The notes under the pieces are model-generated. The model saw nothing but the letters and a program-made list of their open reading frames with translations. It did not search any database and had not been told where the DNA came from. 64,000 nt of DNA from Chrysomallon squamiferum (lineage: Eukaryota > Animalia > Mollusca), in contig CM022665.1 of the NCBI GenBank assembly GCA_012295275.1, positions 25,296,001-25,360,000 on the forward strand, written 5' to 3'. Shown here piece by piece: positions 53,110 to 64,000 of this stretch. The number at the start of each line of letters is the position of its first letter. Positions within the stretch are counted from its first letter, which is position 1. The position numbers and the translations under genes are program-made.

Positions 53110-54160
53110 TTTTTTGTTTTTAGTCCATGCGAATGTATATATGTTAGCGTGTGCGTTTGCGTGTGCTATCCATTTAACCAGAATAGAAGGATGATTTCTT
53201 GAATATATTTTTTAAAAATTAATTAATAATAATAACGATAATAAAAAATGATAGTGATGATAGTGTAATAATAATGTTAATAATGACAATAATATTTATA
53301 ATAAAAAGAATAATTTATTACCAGTAATAACAAACAAATAAAACAATGTTTGCTGGGATTTTTTTTTTTTTTTTTTTGGTCACTAATTTTCTTTCGGATC
53401 ATGTATAACTTGTCAATAATTTTAAAATAATTAAAAATGGCTAGATAAACAATTCATTTGTTTCCATGTCAAGCAGAATCATGTTAATTAATCTACTTGT
53501 CTAGGTAATATATATATATATATTGTTTTTAATTATTATTTATTATTAAAAATAAGCTTCTTCACCCATCCAGTGATGAACCTCATTCAGATAAATTGAA
53601 AGACGTGACTTCCTAAATAATGTATTTTCTGACTTATTGCAATTTTTGCTTCTGGGCAAACACAAACAAACGAGCATTATCAGTTATAATGGTGAAAGTA
53701 GGTTTCGTAGAAGATGAAAAGAAATTATTCACGTAAGTCTGCATGTCTGTGTCTGTGATAGATCGCTAACTAATAAGAAGACTTAACCAGTTTAATTGAC
53801 CGACTGCTTGCTGCAGTCTAGTTAATAAATAACGAGCTCGAGTTTAATTCACTGGTTAAAGAACAATCCAACAACAACGAAAATGACTGAACACTGTAAT
53901 AAAATGCAGTCAGACAGAGTCAAGAGTCTGTAACGTAATGGTTAATTTATGGATCACTAGGATTGTATAATCATAAAGTTTACAAACTATACGACTCATT
54001 TCTCTTTGTCTTAGTCGATGTGTATTGCCATAAGATAGTATCTCAGTGGGGGGGAGCAACCATATTCCAATAACCAGTGACGTATCTGCTTCTACTGTAC
54101 TGTGTGATTTTTACTATATTTTTAACAAAGAGATCGAAGTGTCGGCAGCGAAGTTATTCG

Positions 54161-54256
54161 TACGTACAGGAGCACTTATGTATATACATACATACGTACA
54201 GGTGCACTTATGTATATACATACATACGTACAGGTGCACTTATGTACATACATACA
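54161..54256. repeat. 32-bp tandem repeat x3
   Basis: TACGTACAGGTGCACTTATGTATATACATACA at 54161, 54193 and 54225. Confidence 0.92.
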
Positions 54257-55857
54257 TACATTCACACACATACACACACACACACACCACAAACACACAC
54301 ACACACACAGATTCAAAATATTAAGGAGTGACTCACTGTTATCTAAACTACGTTTTTCAAATATAATAAAATGTATTAAAAGTGAAACCATCAAAAAAAA
54401 AAAAAAATGGATTGTAGAATTTACATATGTACTGAAACTAGTTCGCGAAGAAATATAAAACTTTAATGAAAAAAAAGGTTACAGCAATGTGAGGGAATTG
54501 CTTCTGTTAGTTAATTTTCCACATATTATTGTAAACTAGAGAAAATTGTTATGTATTTCATCCATAATATATATTATTATATATTTTTATTAGTGCAGTT
54601 CTGTTTTTTCTTTCAAAAGAGAGCTTTAAATGATATATTATTTAAAATTTATGCGGATTTTAATTTTCATTTTGGTTATTTTTATTTTATTTTTTATTCA
54701 TTTTTCTTCTTTACTGTTTTTGTTTTTTCTTTCTTTCTTTTATATTAGTATTTTTCTATTCTTTCTTTCAAATGATTGCTTTTTAAATGCATAAAATATA
54801 ACTTTTCAAATTTTCAGGAAGGAATATGAAATGCATTCTGTCTTAATATCTCAATTTTTATTTAATATTACAATTTTTTTTAAGTACAGAATTACTTTAC
54901 GTTTTACAGAATATTATATACAACTCTTTTTTTCGACCGATTCTGTCTGCAATTTTTCTTCTTTTTTAACAGAAATGACAACAGTACTCTAAAACCAACA
55001 AATCAAATTCTTATCTGTGACATTTTCCTGACATTTCACAAATTTAATAACACTTCGTTGGAGTGTCAACGCCGCTAAAGGAACGCAAAATGACGTAGCG
55101 TTTCAGAATTATTTATTACATCATAGACCATAACCCACCCACTGACACAACACGAACGTGTTTTTGCTAAACACTCAACAGTGGAAAAAAACACACCAAA
55201 AAAAACAAACACTCGGCCACGTCATTTGGGTGGAAATCTGGAATGAGTAACGGTAACATGCACTGGTCTTTTCAAAGTTTGACCTCCACCAATATGTAAA
55301 TACATTTAGATGTTTGTTGATTCAGCAATCTTTATATCGCATTAAACTTCTCGAAAAGAGCTAACTGAACCATGCAAATGGGTATTGATTCATCACAAAG
55401 GTCGACGTGGGAATCAAATACACATTCCTGGAAATATGATTCACACTTTTGTGCACCGTCTGCTTGTGTTCCTGGTAATTTCGTGTTCCTTCAGCCGACT
55501 GGCGTTAGTTGGCAGACAGGACACGGCAAGTTCTAACCAGTTTTTAAAACTGTATTTGACTGATTCCGTTGTTTTAGTTAGGGAGCTGTGTAATATTCAG
55601 AACTTAATTTGTTTTACTTCCATAACATATATGCTGTGTGTAAGTATACGGCAGAAATCTGAAAACGAAAGAGTCTAACAGAACGTAAACTTCAGTAATG
55701 TTTAATTTGTATAAAATTTAGAGGCCACGTTTCTAAATAGCAACAAAGGCAGCAGTGACAACAACGACGACGACAACAAAAACAACAGCGACAACACCAC
55801 CAACAACAGTAATACTATACTTACCGAATTCATCAGAATTTGCTTCCGATTTAAATA

Positions 55858-55902
55858 TGACGTCAACAATACTTTGACGTTGTGCGCTTCTATCTTACGT
55901 CA
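55858..55902. promoter_or_regulatory. Triple CRE/ATF site cluster
   Basis: TGACGTCA at 55858-55865, TGACGTTG at 55875-55882 and TTACGTCA at 55895-55902. Confidence 0.4.
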
Positions 55903-56488
55903 TGGTTACAAATTCCATGACATTCAAATTAAGACAAATGATCAAACTGAATTTATTTATTTATTTATAAATTTCTTAATAACTAATATATTTCAACCAC
56001 TCTTACTGTTTGTTTTCTTAAATACTTAAAAACTGTTTTTAATTTAAAAATTATTATTATTATAAGTATTTTGAGTGGTTTTATTAATTGGAGATAATTT
56101 AACAGCTGTAATATGTAAAATGTATTTGTTAATTAAAAAGGAAATATATGATATAAATATAAAGGATCGAAATAAGTATAATTTATATGAAAGTGCTGTA
56201 ACTTTACCTTCATATTAAACTATAACAGCAGTGTTAAATTTCACAAATACTTTTTAAAAAAAATATTTAAAAAAATAACGAGAACAACAACAACAATAAT
56301 AATAATAATAATATAAATGAAACCAGTGTTTCACAACCTAATAGTAATATTTATTTAGTTCGTTAGTTAGTTAATTTTATAGAAAAATACCATTTAAAGC
56401 TTTGTGATTTGTATTTCAAAACTTGGTTTATTACTATCAATAAGTATAAAAATACTACTACTACTACTACTAATAAGTATTATTATTA

Positions 56489-56520
<32 letters not shown>

Positions 56521-56744
56521 ACTACTACTATTATTATTATTATTATAAATAGAAAAGAGAGATTAGTGATTCTAGTCATATCTACAAATTTACCTCGACT
56601 TTGCAGAAATCTGAAGGTAAATTATTGACAGAGATACATACAATATACACAAAAAGGCTTACAGAAGCATTCGCACAGACACATACGTGTACACATACAT
56701 ACTGATACATGGTCACATACAGATATCCTTACGTAGAAATGCAC

Positions 56745-58276
56745 AACCACATAGTATATACGTACATACAAATATACAGTCACATACGTGTATACTTACG
56801 TACAAATACACAGCCACGTAGTATATACGTACATACAAATATACAGTCACATACGTGTATACTTACGTACAAATACACAGCCACGTAGTATATACGTACA
56901 TACAAATATACAGTCACATACGTGTATACTTACGTACAAATACACAGCCACGTAGTATATACGTACATACAAATATACAGTCACATACGTGTATACTTAC
57001 GTACAAATACACAGCCACGTAGTATATACGTACATACAAATATACAGTCACATACGTGTATACTTACGTACAAATACACAGCCACGTAGTATATACGTAC
57101 ATACAAATATACAGTCACATACGTGTATACTTACGTACAAATACACAGCCACGTAGTATATACGTACATACAAATATACAGTCACATACGTGTATACTTA
57201 CGTACAAATACACAGCCACGTAGTATATACGTACATACAAATATACAGTCACATACGTGTATACTTACGTACAAATACACAGCCACGTAGTATATACGTA
57301 CATACAAATATACAGTCACATACGTGTATACTTACGTACAAATACACAGCCACGTAGTATATACGTACATACAAATACAGTCACATACGTGTATACTTAC
57401 GTACAAATACACAGCCACGTAGTATATACGTACATACAAATATACAGTCACATACGTGTATACTTACGTACAAATACACAGCCACGTAGTATATACGTAC
57501 ATACAAATATACAGTCACATACGTGTATACTTACGTAAAAATACACAGCCACGTAGTATATACGTACATACAAATACAGTCACATACGTGTATACTTACG
57601 TACAAATACACAGCCACGTAGTATATACGTACATACAAATACAGTCACATACGTGTATACTTACGTACAAATACACAGCCACGTAGTATATACGTACATA
57701 CAAATATACAGTCACATACGTGTATACTTACGTACAAATACACAGCCACGTAGTATATACGTACATACAAATACAGTCACATACGTGTATACTTACGTAC
57801 AAATACACAGCCACGTAGTATATACGTACATACAAATACAGTCACATACGTGTATACTTACGTACAAATACACAGCCACGTAGTATATACGTACATACAA
57901 ATATACAGTCACATACGTGTATACTTACGTACAAATACACAGCCACGTAGTATATACGTACATACAAATATACAGTCACATACGTGTATACTTACGTACA
58001 AATACACAGCCACGTAGTATATACGTACATACAAATACAGTCACATACGTGTATACTTACGTACAAATACACAGCCACGTAGTATATACGTACATACAAA
58101 TATACAGTCACATACGTGTATACTTACGTACAAATACACAGCCACGTAGTATATACGTACATACAAATACAGTCACATACGTGTATACTTACGTACAAAT
58201 ACACAGCCACGTAGTATATACGTACATACAAATACAGTCACATACGTGTATACTTACGTAAAAATACACAGCCACA
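56745..58276. repeat. Homogeneous 67/65-bp satellite (~23 copies), a dimer of related 33- and 34-bp subunits
   Basis: Unit CAGCCACGTAGTATATACGTACATACAAATATA+CAGTCACATACGTGTATACTTACGTACAAATACA with anchors at 56811, 56878 etc. The 65-bp variant lacks one AT. Confidence 0.97.
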
Positions 58277-59859
58277 TTCGTATATATCTACAAATGAACA
58301 AATTCAAACGCTGTAATGGTAGTTTATATTTTGTGTAATTCAATCGGGACATTAAAAAAGTACACAATTTAGCAGCTTCGAGTTAATTAGAGTTTTGAAA
58401 ATTTCTTAACATTAAATACTTGTAGCTTTTAGTATTCGTGCACCACATGAACTTTTTATTTTATTTTATTTTTTTTTTTATTTTTTTTTTTTTTCTATTT
58501 CCACCCTTCATTTATCAATAACTGAAATTGTCACCATATGTTTCTGATAACGCAAACTGGCCCATTATAATCTTCCCCATCAACAACACATGTTTTTAAA
58601 CGTTGCTGCAAAGGATATTGAATTTGGAGAGAAGCAAGATTAAAATGGTTTCGGTGGAGAGGATTCCCTGATTTCTACTGTCTGGAGCCCATTCTCTTGA
58701 CATTCATCAATAATCAGTGTATGTGCAGTCTCTTCAATAACATTCTACATTCGCTTTATACTCGAAACTCTTGTCTCTCATACTTACGTACTTCAGTGCG
58801 ACAGGCGGTTTTATTTCATTGATGGATTTATTTTTGAATTATAAGACTTTTTAAAAAGTGTAATTAATTTTTGTCCAAGTATTACGTATTGACTAATTTT
58901 CCGTTAGACAATGACTACATATAAAAACTATATATATACATTCACAAACACACACATATATTACGTATATAAATGTATACATACACACAAACATACATGC
59001 ATAAGCACGTGTATATATATATATATATATATATACATACATGCATACACACACATACATGCATACACACACACATACATGCATACACACACACTCACAC
59101 ACATACACATACACACAAATACATAAATGCTACTTTGTTATAATCACGAAAACATTTTTATTATTTTAAGAGTTTCACAGATAAATATCAAAAGATGTGA
59201 AAGCATCCGTAAAATAAAATAAAATAATTTTTATTTTTATTAAATTGCAATAGTGCTGCTATAAAATAAGGTGATCGAACTTAATAACGATTTTATTTTG
59301 TTTGTTTCACTCTTACACTGAAAGAAACTTAATTTAATTTAAGTCATTGAACTGCACTCCTCTAACCGATTTAATGAACAAAATAATATACATACATACA
59401 TACATACATACATACACATATATATATAAAACAATAAATAAATAAATAAAATTAAAATAAGAACAATAATTTTTAACAATTGAAATTACTTGTTTAAGGC
59501 ACCGATTAATATATATCTTCTGTGACAAGCAGTATCAGCTAAGTGTTTTTTAAGTTTAACTATCGTTGTTAAAAACAAAATAAATAAATAAATGAAATGA
59601 AATAAAATAAAAAAATCTAGTGGGAGTGATAAAGTCAGCACGCGATACGCAGAGTTGTCCTACCGGATAGTTCCATCCATTAATATATTTCAGTTTTTCT
59701 AATTTTCTCAGTCACATTCGTGATATACGTCATTCACAAACAAGACAAAAGAGTATAGGGTGTGTGTGTGTGTGCATTTGTTTATGTGGGCGTATATTTA
59801 TGCATAACTGGGTCGAGGGTGATGCATTTGCTTCTTTATTTCACACATATATATTTGCG

Positions 59860-60159
59860 GGATTTTTTGTTTCATTTTTATTTTTATTTTTTTATTTTTT
59901 TTTTATGTTTGTAGATTTGGAGTTTGTGTTTTGTTTTTGTTTTTTTTGTTGTTTTTGTTGTTGATGTTTTTTTTATTTGCTAAATTTTGTTGTTGGTGTT
60001 TTTGGCTGTTTTTGTTTTGTTGTTGTGTTTTTTGGGGGGATGGTTTATTGACAGCATTTTGTAGTTTGGGGTGTTTGAAGGTGTTTTGGGAGTTTTTTGT
60101 TTGGGCCTTTTTTTTTAATTCTTTTTCTTTTTTTTTTTTTTTTTTCTTTTTCTTTTTTT

Positions 60160-60197
<38 letters not shown>

Positions 60198-60240
60198 TTG
60201 TTGTTTTTTTGTTTTTTTGTTTGTTATTGTTGTTTATCTT
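59860..60240. repeat. T/G-rich strand-biased low-complexity tract
   Basis: TTG/TTTG/poly-T runs. Similar tracts occur at ~35610-36150 and ~39460-39660. Confidence 0.85.
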
Positions 60241-60491
60241 TATAATATCGACACGATTTTTTTTTATGAAATCCAGAATGCATAGATGTATATTTTTTAC
60301 GTATTTCCCTTAAAAAGATTTATTTCTTTAAAATAATTAGGATAAATTGTAACTGGAACATATTTGTCAATATTTTTTTTTTTTAAACTGTTTCGTCTAA
60401 TGAACTAAATTTTCTTTTTAAGGCAGAGAAAACTTCTTTTGCAGAACCGAGATTCGTCAAGATTAAATTGAACAAGTTCCCCCAAACAGAC

Positions 60492-60525
<34 letters not shown>

Positions 60526-61029
60526 TGTCCTAACATTGTCGCAGAAATCCACTTTAATTACAGAAACACGACCCACTGCAGCAGGTTCAATTTCCGCCTC
60601 CCAGAACACACGAGCAGCAAGAGAGTTCACATTAAAAATCAGTTCTCTGCTCATTCTACAACTGCAAGTTCAAAAATGCTGGACTTTTAACTCAAATTAA
60701 AATTCCGTATTCATCTTGTTGAACTGCGAAGGAAACCAGTGCATTTTATTAAAGGATATTGTCGACTAATCCACGTCATATTACTTTCATCGTGTGCTCC
60801 CGAGATTTGCCTAATAAAAATTCGGAAACATACCACATAATAAATACTTTACGGTCCTTGTTCGGAATCATCAGGGGAAATAATCCGTCAGTGTTGGGCA
60901 ATTTTTAATGTGAAGGTCACGCCAGGTCAATTTATATAATGTAATTACTTCACTCAACAGCATTACATGTATGAGACAAAGGACGATAATTTTATTTTTC
61001 AACCTACCTACCTTCTGGCAGTGAGGTAC

Positions 61030-61060
<31 letters not shown>

Positions 61061-61753
61061 CCTCCCCGCCAGAAAACTGTATTGTATGGTAAAAATAATT
61101 TTGTACCGAAATTACATACCGCTGATTTCCCGCAAAACTTTTTAAACTGGGTCAAAACATATTTACAACAACAACAACATAATAGTAATAATAATAATAA
61201 AGAAATTCTTTGTATAACAATGCTCCGAATAAATCTATTGTTATGCATGCAATTATATGCATATATATAAAGGGCAACTCACAAAAAATATGCAAGTAAA
61301 TCTGCTGCCACCATGCAGAGGACTACTTCTCGATTAACAACAAAGAAAATTTTACAGGCACGTTCTCATACATTGGAAAAAAACAAAACAAATTGATATG
61401 ACTTTTGATAAACCATTAACGGGAAAATTAAAGCATCGAGAGAAATAAACACTGTTCTTGTTTTTTGTTTTTCGAATATTTAAAAACATTATCAGCTTTA
61501 TTCGACCGTAAAGTAATTTAAAATTTGATTAATTTAAATTTTAATTTTATTTTATCGTCTAAAAAAAAAAATGAAAAAGAAAAGATGCGGAAAGAGAACC
61601 TGACGCAATTATGAATTTAAAATAATTAAAAGAAGAAAAAAACGAAAGAAAAAGAAAAGAAGAAAAAAAGAAGAACGACTAACGAACGATAGATACGAAA
61701 AGACCGTGAAGCAATTTTAAATTTAATTAACTAAAATGCAATATTATTTTATA

Positions 61754-61806
<53 letters not shown>

Positions 61807-62265
61807 GAAGAAAGAAAAACAGAAAGAAAAGAAAGAAAGAAAGAAACTAACCAAAAAATTTATCTCACGAATACATTTTAGAGTGTAGTTCCTGTTTATC
61901 TTAAACAGAATGAAGCATTACGTCACAAATGACACAAGACCCAGCAGACCATCGTGTCGCACTTCCGGAATAAAGTTCGAGCTTGTGTTGCCAGAAGGCT
62001 GAAAAAAACTCTTCACTTTCTATAATTGATATGTTACAAATGTTGAAGATTTAAAGACGTTTTTGTTGGTATCCACTTCAATTAGCGTTTCGCAGGAAGC
62101 GACTGAAGAATTAAACTTTTCACAACCTGTCTCCGTTTGCAGAAATTCTGATCGATATATTAATGAGTGGTGCGATGGAAAATCCCTTCGTGGAAGATAG
62201 AAACATTAACCAAACCTCCTCACTTTAAATTTTTAGCTTTTTCTCTTTTTTTTTTTTTTTTTCTT

Positions 62266-62299
<34 letters not shown>

Positions 62300-62646
62300 G
62301 CATTGTGTACTCTCTTTAATGAAGTAACAGAAAGTTGAGTAAATGGGATGGCAGTAAATGTATTCTGTTATTAAAAACTTAATTGCTTATGTAACGTAAT
62401 TATTCGCGATGTTAAAAGATCATAGACGATGACCTTTCAGCAAAATTCATCTTCTACAGTATCCTCATTACTGTAATACAGTCTCATGACTGAAAACTGT
62501 AATAATAATAATGTATGATATGGTAATAGTTTTTCATGCAATTTGTTTCGAATAATATTTTTTTATAGTTTAACATCTGTATAATACCTGTTTACATATT
62601 TTTTATTCTTTTTTATTATTTGGTCATTACGTATATATAAACATTT

Positions 62647-62688
<42 letters not shown>

Positions 62689-63446
62689 GTTCGTACGTAC
62701 ACACACTCACGCACGCACATAAGAAAACGTACAAATACGCACCTGCATATAAAACAATTATAAATCGACCTCTGAAAAGAATATAAAAAAATATATATTT
62801 TAATCTTTGAAATATGTTTTATTAGTTTTATTGTTTATTTTTCACCAGTGAAAATAGTTACACAACTAAATATTTTATTTTTATTTTTTCATAAAATCTT
62901 TACTGAATATAGAATTATTTATTGATAGGAATATTGCAATAGATAACTGGTATAAACCATTATGATACGTATTTACACTGGCTGTATTAACGATATTCAG
63001 TTTCAATAAACCTCAAATGAAATATAACTTAGAAATATTCATTTACTGATACGCATCTTAATTTCCTTAGAAAGTAATATGTAGTAACATATCTTAGGAT
63101 ATTACATTACACATTATTATAATGGATTAATAACACCGGTTAGTTCATTTCTATAGCGATTATACAAATTATTTTTATTTATAAAATGGCGCTTTAACCT
63201 ATAAAAAACAACAATAATGAGTATTAGAATTCAGATTAAATTCTTCAGTTTCGAGAGCCGAGACAATAAATGAACTGAGAAAAACATTTATTTTCACACA
63301 TTACAATTAATGAAATGTTTCTAAAGTGCAGTATTTTTCATTAATTTTTTTTTTTTTTTTTAAAGAAATGCCTGTTAACTAAAAAGAAGGCAATTGTGTT
63401 TTAATTAATATTGGAAATCGATTGAAAACAATCAGAAATGGTGGGT

Positions 63447-63488
<42 letters not shown>

Positions 63489-64000
63489 CTTTTATTCTAC
63501 TATTGTTTTGGTGATGATGGTCACTGAGATAATGATAATGAACATTATCCTGATCACCATTATCATCGTCATTATCATTATCATCATGATCATCATCGTA
63601 ATCAACACTCCATTGTCGATCTAATTTACAATAATTTAGTCCGCATGGGTGTGCTATCTGAAATGAATCCAATTAAAACATTTGTAATGTGAAACGTACG
63701 CTATTCCACAACAAAGATTAGCAAATACCGTTGCATTGTACGTGAACATGACAATAGTGTAACAGAATATTCCTAGTTAGCCAAAAGCATGATAAATTTA
63801 CCAAACTTTGTACTGAATACACCGATTAACATCACAATAAGCGCGTTTAAATTGTAAGTGAAGCAACGCCTATCCTGTCACGTTTTTATCTCTTTGCTAC
63901 TGCACTGCTATTTTATACTGATTGCTATTGATAAGCAATAAATCCTTTGAGACTGTTTTAATTTTGAGCAATTTGTGCTAACTACACCAGTAGTTAGAAC

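Noticed and set aside
57257-58261. Repetitive MYTYVQIHSHVV ORFs
   Set aside because: Read-through of the 67/65-bp satellite; the unit lengths are not multiples of 3.

Overview
This is AT-rich (roughly 30% GC by eye), microsatellite-dense animal genomic DNA, not prokaryotic. SINE and LINE remnants resemble families I recall from molluscs, so a gastropod or other mollusc is the likely source (not database-verified). I found no intact, recognisable protein-coding gene, tRNA, rRNA, CRISPR array or known miRNA; almost all supplied ORFs are translations of simple repeats. Best-supported content: (1) a probable minus-strand Pol II promoter at ~20.8-21.2 kb (TATA, Inr-like, NRF1-like and CCAAT motifs) followed by an ATG-less ~310-nt first exon ending at a canonical GAG|GTAAGA donor, which implies a long first intron running leftwards and a long upstream regulatory region; (2) two homogeneous satellites (41 bp at 1-2.5 kb; 67/65 bp at 56.7-58.3 kb) and several degenerate tandem arrays; (3) a hAT-Charlie/Buster MITE retaining the transposase C-terminus, a second hAT-like MITE with a near-perfect fold-back, an RTE-LINE 3' remnant and tRNA-derived SINE remnants; (4) clusters of ACGT-core motifs (CRE/ATF, E-box, HRE) in the unique islands. 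I did not find a clearly new biological system. The most interesting leads are the ACGT/CRE-rich regulatory landscape around an unidentified TATA gene and a satellite that carries two HIF-type TACGTG sites per unit.
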